A stretch of 64,000 nucleotides of DNA, taken from the NCBI GenBank assembly GCA_002104905.1, contig MCFE01000473.1:1-64000 (forward strand). Direction: 5' to 3'. Below, piece after piece: positions 50,001-62,500 of this stretch. The DNA is from Basidiobolus meristosporus CBS 931.73. Lineage: Eukaryota; Fungi; Basidiobolomycota. Below the pieces are notes generated by a model that was not told the origin of the DNA, did no database searches, and worked only from the letters and a program-made list of their open reading frames with translations. The position numbers were made by a program, and so were the translations under genes. Within the stretch, counting starts at the first letter, position 1, and every line of letters starts with the position of its first letter.

Positions 50001-52024
50001 GTGTCTTGCTCACTTGAGGGCTATCTCCTGTGTCAATGGCACAATCTACGTCTCTGACTGGTGGTAGGCTTACAAGCTCATCTGGAAACACGTCTGAATA
50101 TTTCTTCAAGAGAGTCGGAACCTGCTGGGGTGCTGGGGTAGAGGAATCCTCCTGTAATACCGCCGTGAGGAACATCTCGGTACCTTTTCTAAGTGCTCTA
50201 CAGAACTGGGTCTTGCTAAGTTCACATATCTCACACATACTGGAATTGACCAAGCTGAAATCCAGCCTGGCAGGTAATAGCTGATAGGTCTTGTTGTCCT
50301 TTTGGATCTGAGTAGCCTGGGTTCTCCAGTTGATTGATGGATTACAACAAAATAGCCAGGTTTTTCCAAGTACAAGGTCAAACTTGCAGTTCCCAAATAT
50401 ATAAGCCTGTAGGTCATCTTCATAGTCATCAATCCTCATTCTTACTGGCAGGTAATACAGTTGATTATGTGAGAGTTCCCATCAGCTGAGGAGACTGAAG
50501 TTGATTTGGTAGGTTCCAAGTTGATTCCAGCTTTCAAGGCAAATTGTTCTGACATGTATTCATGTGATGCTCCTGAGTCAATCATGATTTTGGCAGATAC
50601 TCCATTGATTACTTCATTTAAGTACAATAACTTCCCTGAGTTTGAGGTCATTTGAGACAAGTACTCTTCTGTCATATGGAAGGTGAGTTCTGTGTCTTCT
50701 TCAAGCTCATCCTCCACATTACTGTGTTCATAGGACTCAATATGGTTGAAGGTTCTTGTTGTCTGGTGTCCATATCTTCTCTGGGGGCAATACTCTGAGA
50801 TATGTCCTAGCTGGTGGCAATTGAAGCAAAGTCCTTTCTTCCTGCATTCTTCTGAGGTGGGGTACTTCTGCATAGCATCTATTTCCATTGGTACTGCTTC
50901 TGACTGTCTTCTTTCATAAGCATTGTAGCCTTTCAGCTTAGTCACTGTAGGCCTCCCAGCTCCAAACATAGCTGAGTCATAGTCAAAGGCAATCTTGATG
51001 GCTTCTTCAATGGTATGAGGTCTTTGATAGTTCACATCCTTGCAAGTTCTTTCTTTCAACCCATCAATAAAGTATTCAACTTGATCCGGGGGGGTCCAAT
51101 CTTTCTATTTGTTCAAGTAGACATCTGTACTTGTAGATGTATTCTTGAACCATTCCTTTCTGTCTGAGTGTCTTTAACTTCCTTCTTAGTAGTGTCTGCT
51201 GGTGTGGAGGCTCAAAAGCATCCTGAATTTCCGACACAAACTCATCCCAGGTATAGATTGTAGAGCATCCCATCATGGTGGCTAACCTGATCTTGTTGCG
51301 GGACCACTGCAAAGCTGTGTCTGCCAGGTAAGAGGCTGCATAATGTAACTTGCTTTCTGATAAAATTCCTTTAGCCTTGAAAGCTTCTTCAATCTGAAAG
51401 AGCCACATTCCCAGGTTTTCATTGACTCTGCCATGGTACTGGTTGACCTTCACACTAAAGTTGCTTTTGACAGGGCTTTGCTGGCTCTGAGCCATGGTAG
51501 TCATTCCTTGTTGCTGTTGGCTGAGGATCTGGAGTAACTGTTGCAGTTGGGCTAGTATTTGCTGCATGGCATTCTTCCATTCTTGATTGTCTGACATCTT
51601 GAGGGTGGTTTCTTCTTTCTTCAGGTGGGAGGTTTCTGGTTATTGCTGCTACCAATGTTACATGTCTGGGTATAAGAGTTGTAGAGGAATAGGGAGTTTA
51701 GCTAGTATTGTATTCACTAAAACTTGAACTGATCTTTATTGTGGTTCCAGCAGCTCCTTATATACATTTTGCCAGACCAATTGCTGACTGATTGTTTTTC
51801 CTAATGCAGGTGGTGGCTGATGACTCATTTGATTGAATCATCACCACCCAATAAGATCATGCTTAATATATCTATTTCTGTCTGATAAGGATCTGCTGAT
51901 TCATTTGCTGACTAATGCCACTGATCTGATAGATAATACTGATATACTGTTAACCTAAACATATAACAAGTTGATTTGACTAAAAACTGATCTAACTTAA
52001 ACATTCAAGCAGCAGATCATAACA
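47087..52024 (-). mobile_element. Full-length but decayed Ty3/gypsy element G1 (~4.94 kb; LTRs 47087-47454 and 51656-52024)
   Basis: TGTTA...TAACA LTRs ~93% identical by hand count; gag with CFNCHQLGHISEYC; IDSGAS protease; RT YLDN (decayed YLDD); RNase H; integrase with WTVPF/WTGPF motif; PPT AGTAGGGGAGAA; TSD GAGG/CAGG. Confidence 0.93.
51646..51654 (-). promoter_or_regulatory. Primer-binding site of G1, probably initiator tRNA-Met
   Basis: TGGTAGCAG one nt after the 5' LTR; complementary to the ...CUGCUACCA 3' end found in many eukaryotic initiator tRNA-Met. The host tRNA sequence is not visible here. Confidence 0.65.
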
Positions 52025-55000
52025 CAGGCAATGCAAGGTCCAGATGCTACTATGTGGCAACAAGCCATGCAAGAGGAGTTTCAATTACTGATCAAAGCAA
52101 AAACATGGGAACTGGTAGATTTACCAGATGGGAGAAAGCCAATAGGAAGTAGATGGGTCTACAAGAGCAAGATAAACTCATATGGTACCATTGATAAGTA
52201 CAAGGCTATATTGGTGGCTAAAGGCTATTCCCAAATCATTGGAATAGAGTGCAAGGAAACATCTGCTCCTGTTGCAAGGTTTGATTCCATTAGGACAATT
52301 CTAGCCCTGGCAGCTGTACACAGTCTGGATCTACACCAAGTGGATGTCAAAACAGCCTTTCTAAATGGGAATATGCAAGAAACTATATATATGGAGCAAC
52401 CAGAAGGATTTACCAATGCAAAAGACCCCCATAAGGTGTGCAAACTTAGAATATTGCTGTATGGGCTTAAGCAGGCACCTAGAGCATGGTATAACAATAT
52501 TGACACATATCTAGAGGAAATTGGGTTCTCTCATAGCACTGCAGATCACAGTATATAGGTGAAACAGCTCAAAAAGGGTGTGACCAACCTAGTTCTTTAT
52601 ATGGATGACGTAATTATAGCTACAAGTGATCAAGAGGCACTTAAACAGATAAAATCAAATCTCTTCAGCAAGTCTGAGATGAAAGATTGTGAAGAATTGA
52701 GCTATTTTCTTGAAATTGAAGTCAAATTTGAAATACCAGACCAAAGTTTGTGCTGAATAAGTTGAAGTACATCAGGGACATTCTTAGACACCACAAAATG
52801 TAAATTGCAAGCCTGCAGCTACCCTCATGGACAATAACCTGAAATTAAGCAAATCTTGGCCAGTTATAGATGAAAATGGCTCAAATATGGACCAAAACTC
52901 TGCCTATCAATCAGTGATTGGTAGCCTAATGTGCTTGATGGTGCCTATATGTCCAGATGTTGCATTGGCAGTTGGAATAGTTAGTCAATGCATGCAGAAT
53001 TATGAATTGGATCAAATTGTGGCAGTTGGGCAGATATTCAGATATCTACAAAGTACCATAAATATGGTACTGGAATACTCTGATGCAGCTAATCGGCAAA
53101 AGTTTGATGTTTATAGTGATTCAGGTTAGGGTAGCAATCTGATTGACAGATACTCTACCACAGGATATGTATTTCCTTACACTGGTGCAGCTATTACGTG
53201 GAATTACAAGAAACAACCAACAGTTGCCTTATCTACAATGGAAGCTTAATATATGGCTGCATGTCAAGCAACTAAGGAGGCTATATGGCTGCAAAAATTA
53301 TTCAAAGACTTAGGTTTTGGTTCAGATGAACTAACATGTATAAACAAGGATAATCCAGGTTGTGTTTCATTAGCTAGAAATTTTATCAATCATTCCAAAA
53401 CTAAGTACATTGATATACAGCATCACTTTGTGAGGGAAGCTGTAGAAGATAACTCAGTAGAGTTAGGTTACTGCCCAACCAACAATATGGTGGCAGATAT
53501 ATTGACAAAACCACTAGCTAGGCTACAATTTGAGAATCTCAGGGAAGAATTAGGATTAAGAAATTACTTAGTTAAGGGGGAGCATTGAAATATTGGACTA
53601 TTTGGTATCATTCTACAGCTAAAAGTTTACCTACCAATTCTGGGCTAGTCTTTGTCACTGTGGGACAAACTTACAGCTCTAACTTTGCCACTTCCTTTAG
53701 ATCTATGATCTCATGATTATTAACTCATAGTCAGGATCAAATTAGCACTATTACTAAACATTATGTATTAACCCTGAAACTGTTACAGAATGCTCAGAAT
53801 ACTGGGATACCCTCCTACACTTAGCGTTATAGCTGTATTACTTCTACAAAGGTATAAATACTGAGCTTCTTTATTAATAAACTATAGTTCAGCTATTATC
53901 ATTATTTCTTGATAAGTTCCTTACATCCAAATCACTTCTTGAACTGTAACATGTGCTTAATACTGACATGATTAGTAGGATTCCTGGCTAATGAAATGCA
54001 ACTTTAAATATTCTTATATATAAAATTTGGCTCAACCCAAGTCTTTGAGTAGTTTTCATAGCCATAGAGCCTCCTCAGTTGCATGGCAAACAGCCGTATA
54101 TTCAGCTTCAGTTCTGAATATGGCTGCAATTGGTTGTTTCTTGCAATTCCAAGTAAATGCTGCACCAGCATAAAGGAACACATATCCAGTGGTAGAGCAT
54201 CAGTTAATCAGATCCCTACCCTAATCAGAATCACCATAGCCATCAAATATTTATCTATTTGCTGCTTCAGAGTATTCCAGTGCCGTATTTATTGTATCTT
54301 GTAGTTGCTTTTGAAAATGTGCTTAACTGCTATAATTTGATCTGTTCCATAATTTTGCATGAATTCACTAGCTATTCCCACTGCAACTGCAATATCTGGA
54401 CATGCAGACACCATCAGGTACATCAGACCACCTACCCTGAATGGTAGCAAAAGTGTTGATACATATTTGAGCTGTTTTTACCTAAAACTGGCAGAGATCT
54501 GCTCAATATCAGGTTATTATCCACTGGAGTAGCTGCAGGCTTGCACTTTTCTATTTTGACAAGTGTAAAATGTCATTGATTTATCTAGACATATTAAGCA
54601 CCAAATTCTGTGTAGGTATGTCAAGTATGTCTTCAATTCCAATTAAATAGCTCAATGGGACAAGATATCTCATCTCAAACTTGCTGAAGAGATCACACAT
54701 TACACTGTAGTCTGCAGTGTAACAAATCAACAATTCTGCTCTTTATATTTGTTGATCTTGTAGTACCAAGCTCTAGGTGCCTGCTTAAGCCCATACAATA
54801 ATTCTCTAAATCTGCACATCCTCTGGGGGCCTTTTAGATTAGTAAAAATTTTTGGTTGCTGCATATACATAGTTTCTTGCAGATCCCCATTTAGAAGGGC
54901 TGTATGGACATCCATTAGGTGTAGGTCTTGACTGGGTACAGCTGCCAGGGCTAGACCTGTCCCAATGGTGTTACACTTGGTACCCAGAGCAAATGTTTTG

Positions 55001-55153
55001 CCAAAGTCTAGTCTGCGGATATAGGAATAGCCTTTAGCCACCAGTCAAGCCATTACTAATCAATGGCTTCATTTGAGGTTATTATGGTCTTGTAGACCCA
55101 TCTATATCCTATTGGCTTTCTTACATTGGTAAGTCTGCTAGTTCCAATGTTTT

Positions 55154-55492
55154 TGTTTTAAGTGTCTTGACGTATCAGAGGTGATTTGGAAGGAAAAAGT
55201 AGATTAGGTAGTTTTTGCTTGATGATTTATTGAATGTAAAAGTAGTACTTATACTTTAACACAATCTTAGCTAAACAAATATTAGGAATAGTCTTAGCAA
55301 GGTCCAAAGAACATTTATGCAAGGTTTAGGGCTGTTTGTAAAACTTATCAAATTTTCATGATTTGGGTACCTGATATTTTGGTGAAAATATTTTGAGTAG
55401 ATCCCAACAAGGATTTAGGTCATTATTCTATAGGATTCTGATGTAATAATCTAAGTGATTAAGATAGGTGAAATTTACAAATTTTTACAACA
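55154..55492 (-). repeat. Solo copia LTR of the 25583-25914 family, 5-bp TSD GTTTT
   Basis: GTTTT|TGTTTTAAG...TTTACAACA|GTTTT; removing it restores the host frame RAKT-LEL. Confidence 0.85.
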
Positions 55493-55519
55493 GTTTTTGC
55501 CCTGAGCAATGATCACTAC

Positions 55520-55888
55520 TGTTATGATCTGCTGCTTGAATGCTTAAGTTAGATCAGTTTTTAGTCAAATCAATTAGCTATATGTTGAGGTTATCAGTAT
55601 ATCAGTATTATCTATCAGATCAGTTGCATTAGTCAGCAAATGAATCAGCAGATCCTTATCAGACAGAAGTAGATATATTAGGTAGGATCTTATTGGGTGA
55701 TGATGATGCAATCAAATGAGTCATCAGCCAGAGCCTACATAAGGAAATACAATCATTCAGCAATTGATCTGGCAAAATGTATACAAAGAGCTGCTGGAAT
55801 CTCATTAAAAAACAGTTGTGGTTCTATTGAATACAACACTAGCTGAACTCCCTATTCCTCTACAACTCTTATACCATGACTTTTGACA
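55520..55888 (+). repeat. Solo LTR of gypsy G1, 4-bp TSD CTAC
   Basis: CTAC|TGTTATGATCTGC...GACTTTTGACA|CTAC. Confidence 0.88.
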
Positions 55889-56418
55889 CTACTCCTCCTA
55901 CATGGCTTTTTGCTGCATAGTAACATCTGAACCTTTTATTGCCTGTTCCAGAGTCTGTGGCTTGACACTTAAGGTAATATAAGCTTCTTCATGATCATTG
56001 GATGTCTGCCACCAGGACCCAAGGGCATTTCTTATTCTGGTAGAACTTCTAGCTGGGATCATCTGCTCTGATGTAGAACTGGTAGAATCATCTTTTGTAT
56101 CTGGCTGAACAAGGTATGCATCTTCTTCATTAGTGTTGATTGCATCATCAAGTAACTGACCAACAATATCAGCGGCTCCTGGATCTGAACTCTCCTCATA
56201 TACAACATTGCTGAGGCTGATCAGCTTCTGAATTTTGCCATCATAAACACTATACCCTTCAGCATCCTCACAGTACCGCAGAATGATCCCTTTGAACTCT
56301 TTGGTTCTTACTTTGAGTATTTTTTGTCAGGGATGTGGTAGAAAATATTGCTGTAAGAGATTCTTAGGTGCTGGAGGTCCAGTTTTTTGCCTGTATATGC
56401 TTCAAAATAGGTGGTATC

Positions 56419-56749
56419 TGTTGCAATCTAAGAAGTAATCTGGACATAAGAAACTTATCAAGATGTAGTGATGATAGTTGAACTGTTGTTTATTCATAAG
56501 GAGGATTAGTATTTATACCTTTGTAGAAGCAATACAGCTGCAACACCAAGTAAGGAGGGTTAATACATAATATTTGGTAAAAAGTGTTAATTTGTTCTTT
56601 GCAACAGATGAACAATCCTAGGATACTAGATGTGAAGAAACTGGCAAAGTAGGTGCTACAAATAAGTCCTACAGTGACCCAGACTAGTCTAGAATTTCTA
56701 AGTAAACTTTTAGCTGCTGAATGATACCATACTGTCCAATATTTCAACA
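56419..56749 (-). repeat. Solo copia LTR of the C1 family, degenerate 5-bp TSD
   Basis: TGTTG...CAACA; aligns to 53583-53951; flanks GTATC/GAATT (3 of 5 match). Confidence 0.8.
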
Positions 56750-57453
56750 GAATTACATAGTGCCATTGTTGGGCATCTTTTCTTGATGTATTTCATGGAA
56801 GCAAAATATTCAGCTCAAAACGTGTAGTCTATACCCTTGTTATACAGTTTAGATCTTTCCAATTCTACTAGTACTCTATTTGCATGTTCTGCAAATTTAT
56901 TTTGCTGTGGAGCATGTGTGACAGAGCTCTGTTGGAGTATACTAGTAGAGGGCAATATTTTGCAATTTCATTAGAGCAGTATTCCCCTCCATTGCCATTT
57001 CAAATACTTTCAATTTACGCCAAGTTTGTTCTTCTGTCATTTTGTTGAAGTGCCTAAGCATCCCTAAAGCCTCATCATTTGTCTTGAGGAAGTACACCTA
57101 TATATATATTTTCTTGTCATCAACAAATGTCATAAAGTATCACATGGCTCCATAGAGCAGTGCTTTCATTGGCCACATATGTCTGGGTGCACAATAGTCA
57201 ATATTTTGGTAGTGCTGATGCCTCTTGAGCCCCTGAAATGTTGCCTAGCTTATTTGCCATATGAACATCCCTTACAGGCACTCCATATGATTGGAATTGA
57301 GTAGTTTAGATCCAAAACAAGCTGACTTCTCACCAATTGACATATTGTCTGTTCCCAAGTGTGTCCTAGCTTCCTTTGCCATGTCTCCCAGTTGGTTTTA
57401 TCAGTTTCAGCAATGTTGATATACTCAGGTACAATAGTTTGGCATTGTAACTT

Positions 57454-59573
57454 GTTGGAGCTGAAAATTAGTCCTACAGTGACCAAGACTAGTCTAGAAT
57501 TGTTAAGTAAATTCTTAGTGGCTGAATGATACAGAATGCTCCTATATTTCAACACTCCCCCTCGACTAAATAATTTCTTAAGCCTAATTCCTCTCTGAGA
57601 TTCTCAAATTGTGGTCTAGCTAGTGGTTTGTCAGTATATCTGACACTGTTCTGTCAGTTGGACAAGAAACTAACTCTACTAAGATATTTTCTATAGCTTT
57701 CCTCACAAAGTGGTGTTGTATACCTATGTGCATAGTTCTGGCATGATTATTAGGATTCCTAGCTAATGAAATTCAACTTCTATTATATTTTGATGACTGT
57801 TGGTTTATCTGAATCAAAGCCTAAGTCTTTGAGTAGCTATTGGCGGTCATATAGCCTCCTTAGTTGCTTGTCAAGCAGCCATTTATTTATCTTCAGTTGT
57901 AATTTGTGCCACATTTGATTGTTTCTTTCAATTCAAGTAATAGCTACACCAGCATAAAGTAATACATCACCAGTGGTAAATCATTTGTCAATCAGATCTC
58001 TACCCCAATCTGAATCACTACAACCATCAAATTTTTGCCTTTAAGCTGCTCCAGAGTATTCCAATACCATTTTCATGGTACCTTGTAGATATCTGAAAAT
58101 CCAACATACTGCTGAAATATAATCTGATTTGTAATTATGCATGAATTGAGTGACCACTCCAACTGCCACTGCAATATCTGGACATGTTGACATCACCAAG
58201 TACATCAGGCTAATCAACACTAATTGATAGGGAAAGTCTTGGTCAATATTTGAGCCATTTGCACCTAAAACATGCTGAGATTTGCTCAATTTAAATTATC
58301 ACAAACTTGCTGAGGAGATCCAATTTTATCTGATATAAGTGCCTTCTGGCCACTTGTAGCTATTTTTAGGTTGTCCACAAAAACCACTAGGATTATCAAA
58401 CACTTTTCTAGCTGTTTCACATATATACTGTGTTCTACAGTGCTACATATGAACCCAATCTCCTCTAGATATGTGTAAATCTAATTACATCATTGAGTCT
58501 GCACATGTTGTGGGGGCCTTTTGGATTGGTAAAACCATCAGGTTACTCCATATATGTAGTTTCTTGCAAATTCCCATTTAGAAAGGGTGTTTTGACATCC
58601 ATTTAGTGTAGATCTAGAATGTGTACAGCTGCCAGGGCTAGAACTGCCCTAATGGAGTTAAACCTGGCAACCGGAGCAAATGTTCTCTAAGTGTCCAGTC
58701 CCTGGATCTGATAATAGCCTTTAGCCACCAATCTAGCCTTGTACTTATCAGTGGTACCATTTGAGGTTATCTTGATCTGGAAGACCCATATACATCCAAT
58801 TAGCTTTCTCCCACTTGGTAAATCTACCAGTTCCCATCTTATTGCTTTGATCAGTGATTGGTACTCCCCCCTCATGGCTTGTTGCTATATAGTAGCATCT
58901 GGCCTTTGCATTGCCTGCTCCAGATACTGCATTTTGGCACATAAGGCAAGATAAGCTTTTACATGATATTGGATGTCTGCTACCTGGATCCAGGGGTGTT
59001 TCTTATTCTGGTAGATCTTCCAGCTGAGATAATAAGTTCTGATTTGGAACTGATAGAATTATCATCTGTATCTTGCTGAACTCAGTAGGTATTTTCTTCA
59101 TTAGTGTTGGTTGCATCATCAGGTTGCTGGCCAATGAATTCTGTGGCTTTCTGATTTGAATTCTCCTCAAATAAAACGTCCGTGCACTTGTCAAGCTTCT
59201 GAATTCTGCCATAATACCCTCTATATGTTCTAGTATCAATACAATCCCCAAGAAAGATCCCTTTTTTACTCTTTGGTTCCAGCTTTGAGCATTTTTTGTT
59301 AGGGGTGTGATACAAGACACCATTGCCTAAGATACTCAGGTTCCAGAGGTCTGGTTTTTTGTCAGTATGTAGTTCAAACAGTGTAGTGTCACATAGTGTG
59401 GTTGTTGGGCATCTATTCCTGATATACACTGCAGTAGCAACAGATCCAGCCCAAAACTTGTAGTCCATTCCCTTATAATGGAGCATGGACCTTCCCATCT
59501 CTACTATTGTTCTATTTGCAAATTTTGCTACTCCATTTTGCTGTGGAGTATGAGGAACTGTGGTCTGTTGAAG
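57454..59573 (-). mobile_element. Ty1/copia fragment C3 (integrase, partial RT, RNase H, PPT, partial 3' LTR), cut by G1 copy 2
   Basis: HTPQQNG; MGRSMLHYKG...IRNRCPT; WVFQIK...KYKARLVAKGY; PPT GAGGGGGAG before TGTTGAAATA at 57554. Confidence 0.85.
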
Positions 59574-62500
59574 TGTTACAAGTCTTGGTATAACAGTTGT
59601 AGAGGAATAGGGAGTTTAGCTAGTATTGTATTCACTAAAACTTGAACTGATTTTTATTGAGGTTCCAGCAGCTCCTTATATACATTTTGCCAGATCAATT
59701 GCTGACTAATTGTATTTCCTAATGTAGGTTGTGGCTGGTGACTCATTTGATTGCATCATCATCACCCAGTAAGATCCTACTTAATATATCTATATCTGTC
59801 TGATAAGGATGTGCTGATTCATTTGCTGACTAATGCTACTGATCTGATAGATAATACTGATATACTGATAATATAAACATATACTAATTGATTTGACTAA
59901 AAACTGATCTAACATAAACATTCAAGCGGCAGATCATAACATTCTCCCCTACTAAAGTTGAGAGGGTCCTCCTGAATCTCTTTTCTTGTGATACCAATAT
60001 CTTAATGGTTCAGTACTATCAACAAGTCTTGCAAGCTTGAGTCTGTCCCTATGCACTAAGTCATCCCGGATATTGCCTTGTTTGTCCACTAGTTGGTAAG
60101 TTGCAAATGGACATGCTCTGATGATCTTGAATGGTCCCGTCCATTGTGGCTCAAACTTCTTCCGAGTGTTGTTTCTTAGCAATACAAAGTTCCCAACTGT
60201 CAATGCTTCTGGTGCTATAGTCTTATCAAATATCTGCTTCATCTTTTCTGCGCTTTGAGATACTTTGGTCTGTGCCTCTTGACGTCTTTGTTCCAGTTGC
60301 TGGTGTCTACTTGGCTGACTGAGTTCATCTTCTAAGGTGTCTGTTAGTTTTGGTTGTGTGAGATCTCCTGGAATCCTTGGTCCACATCCATAAACTAAGT
60401 AAAATGGTGATTGCTAGGTGGTGTTGTGTACTCTGACTCTGCATGCAAAGAGTGCTTGGTCTATATACTCATCCCATCTACTGACAACTCCATTTGCATA
60501 CTTGGTCAGCATTTTTCCAAATAATCCATCAAACCGCTCAGTGACTCCATTAGTTCTGGGGTGATATGTCGAGGTTTTCAGGTGTCTGATCTGCTGCATT
60601 TCCAGGTAAGCCTCTAATGTCTTTGCCATAAAGTTTACACCTCTATCAGATAAGATCTCCACAGGGCATCCAAACTTCATCCGGATCTCATGGTAAATGG
60701 AACTTGCAACTTCTTGTTCACTGGCTATTGGTACAGCTTTAGCAACTGGCCATTTAGTGGCATGGTCAATTGCTACTAGGATCCAACAGTTGCATTTCCT
60801 GGTAGTTGGCAGTCTTCCAATAAAGTCAATTCCCCATCTCTCAAATGATCTTACAGGCTCCAAAGGGAAGAGTTTGGCAATTCTTTGTGGCTGCCTTGAT
60901 TGATTTGGCAGTTTGGGCATGTTTTTACTACCTTCTCAATGTCTTGTTTCATTCTGGGCCACCATGCTCTGGCTTTCACAAGGCTATAGGTTCCTTTAAT
61001 CCCAAGATGTCCATATCCATTGTGTAGCTTATGTATTGAATCCAGGCGAGCAACATAAGGACAATAGGCAATAGGGCTTCCATCAACAATTTGGTAGAGT
61101 GTTTCATTCTGTACAACAAATTTGCTGGCTTCATCACGGATTATCTTCTTGATATCTTCATCCACCTCATTAGGAATAGCTTTGTCCTCCAAGTACTTTG
61201 GTAATAGGCTAGGCCAATCTGATTCATGCACCAAGTTGAGTTGTGCAACTTGATCTAATCTTGATGAGGCATCAGCAACTGTGTTGTTTTTTCCAGGACG
61301 GTAGACAATCTCCAGGTCAAATTGCTGAATGTATTCACTCCATCTTGTCATTCTTCTAGAGAGTACCTTCTGAGTAAATATATACTTGAGGGAGGCATGA
61401 TCAGTCTTCACAGTGCATTTGACTCCTTCAATAGAGCATCTCCATGTCTTCAAACAGTGTATTATAGCAAGCATCTCCTTCTCATGGACTGGATAGTTTT
61501 GTTCTGCTGAGATCAGTTTCTTGGATTCAAAGGCAACAGGGTAGTCCTTTCCCTCGTGTTCTTGGCTCAGCACTCCACCAATTGCATAATCTGAAGCATC
61601 TGTGCACAGAGTGAACTCTTTTCTGAAGTCTGGTATTCTTAAGCTTGGCAGCTTAGCAAGTTCATTCTTTAGCGTCTAGAAGGCAGTCTCACAAGCTATG
61701 TCCCATTTGTAGGTATTGTCTTTCTTGAGGATATCAGTTAAAGGGGCTGCAATACTTGCAAATGACTTGACAAATCTCCAATAATAGGAAACCATTCCAA
61801 GGAAGGATCTGAGTTCTGATATGCTATGGGGCTGCTTCAGATTCTTGATTACTTCCACCTTCTTGGGGTCTAAGGTTACTCCTGTGCTAGTCACTATGTG
61901 TCCCAGATATTCTACGTGTTCCTTGAAGAATTCACACTTGGCTAGCTTGCCATATAGCTTGTTCTCTCTTAGTTTCTTCAAGACCTTGTCAATGTTCACC
62001 ATGTGATCCTTTTCTGTCTTGCTGTATATCAATATGTCATCCAGGTAGATTATCACAAACTTGTTTAAGTACTCCTGAAAGACAGTCTGCATCAGCGTCA
62101 TGAATGTTGCAGGGGCATTAGGGAGGCCAAAACTCATGACTAAGTACTTGTAATGTCCATATCTGGTCCTGAATGCTGTCTTAGGGATATCTTCTGGTTT
62201 CACCCTAATCTGGTTGTATCCTGACATGAGGTCAATCTTGCTGAAAATAGTGGCTCCATTAAGTTGGTCCAAAAGCTCATCAATCCAAGGTATGGGGTAC
62301 TTATTCTTGGCAGTAACTGAGTTCAGGGCTCTGTAGTCAATGCACATCCTAAGTGTTCCATCCTTCTTTTTCACAAAAAGCACTGGTGCTCCCCAAGGTG
62401 ACTTGCTGGGCCTGATGTATCCTTGCTCCAATAGCTGATCAATTTGTGTCTTCATTTCCTCCAATTCCAATGGAATCATTCTGTAAGGTGTCTTGCTCAC

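Larger units (their letters stand above)
45376..53951 (+). mobile_element. Ty1/copia element C1, 5'-truncated, interrupted by gypsy G1; 3' LTR 53583-53951
   Basis: CSYCKKPGHWARECK knuckle, WYMDSGASQH protease, integrase (VHSNICGP, QQNGVAE), RT (HQVDVKTAFLNG, LYMDDVII), RNase H, PPT AAGGGGGAG. Host frame EE|AMQGPDA is split by G1. Confidence 0.9.
53952..57453 (-). mobile_element. Ty1/copia fragment C2 (integrase to RNase H) carrying three solo LTR insertions
   Basis: DVHTALLNGDLQETMYMQQP...LYGLKQAPRAWY RT motif; integrase and RNase H remnants; heavily decayed. Confidence 0.85.
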
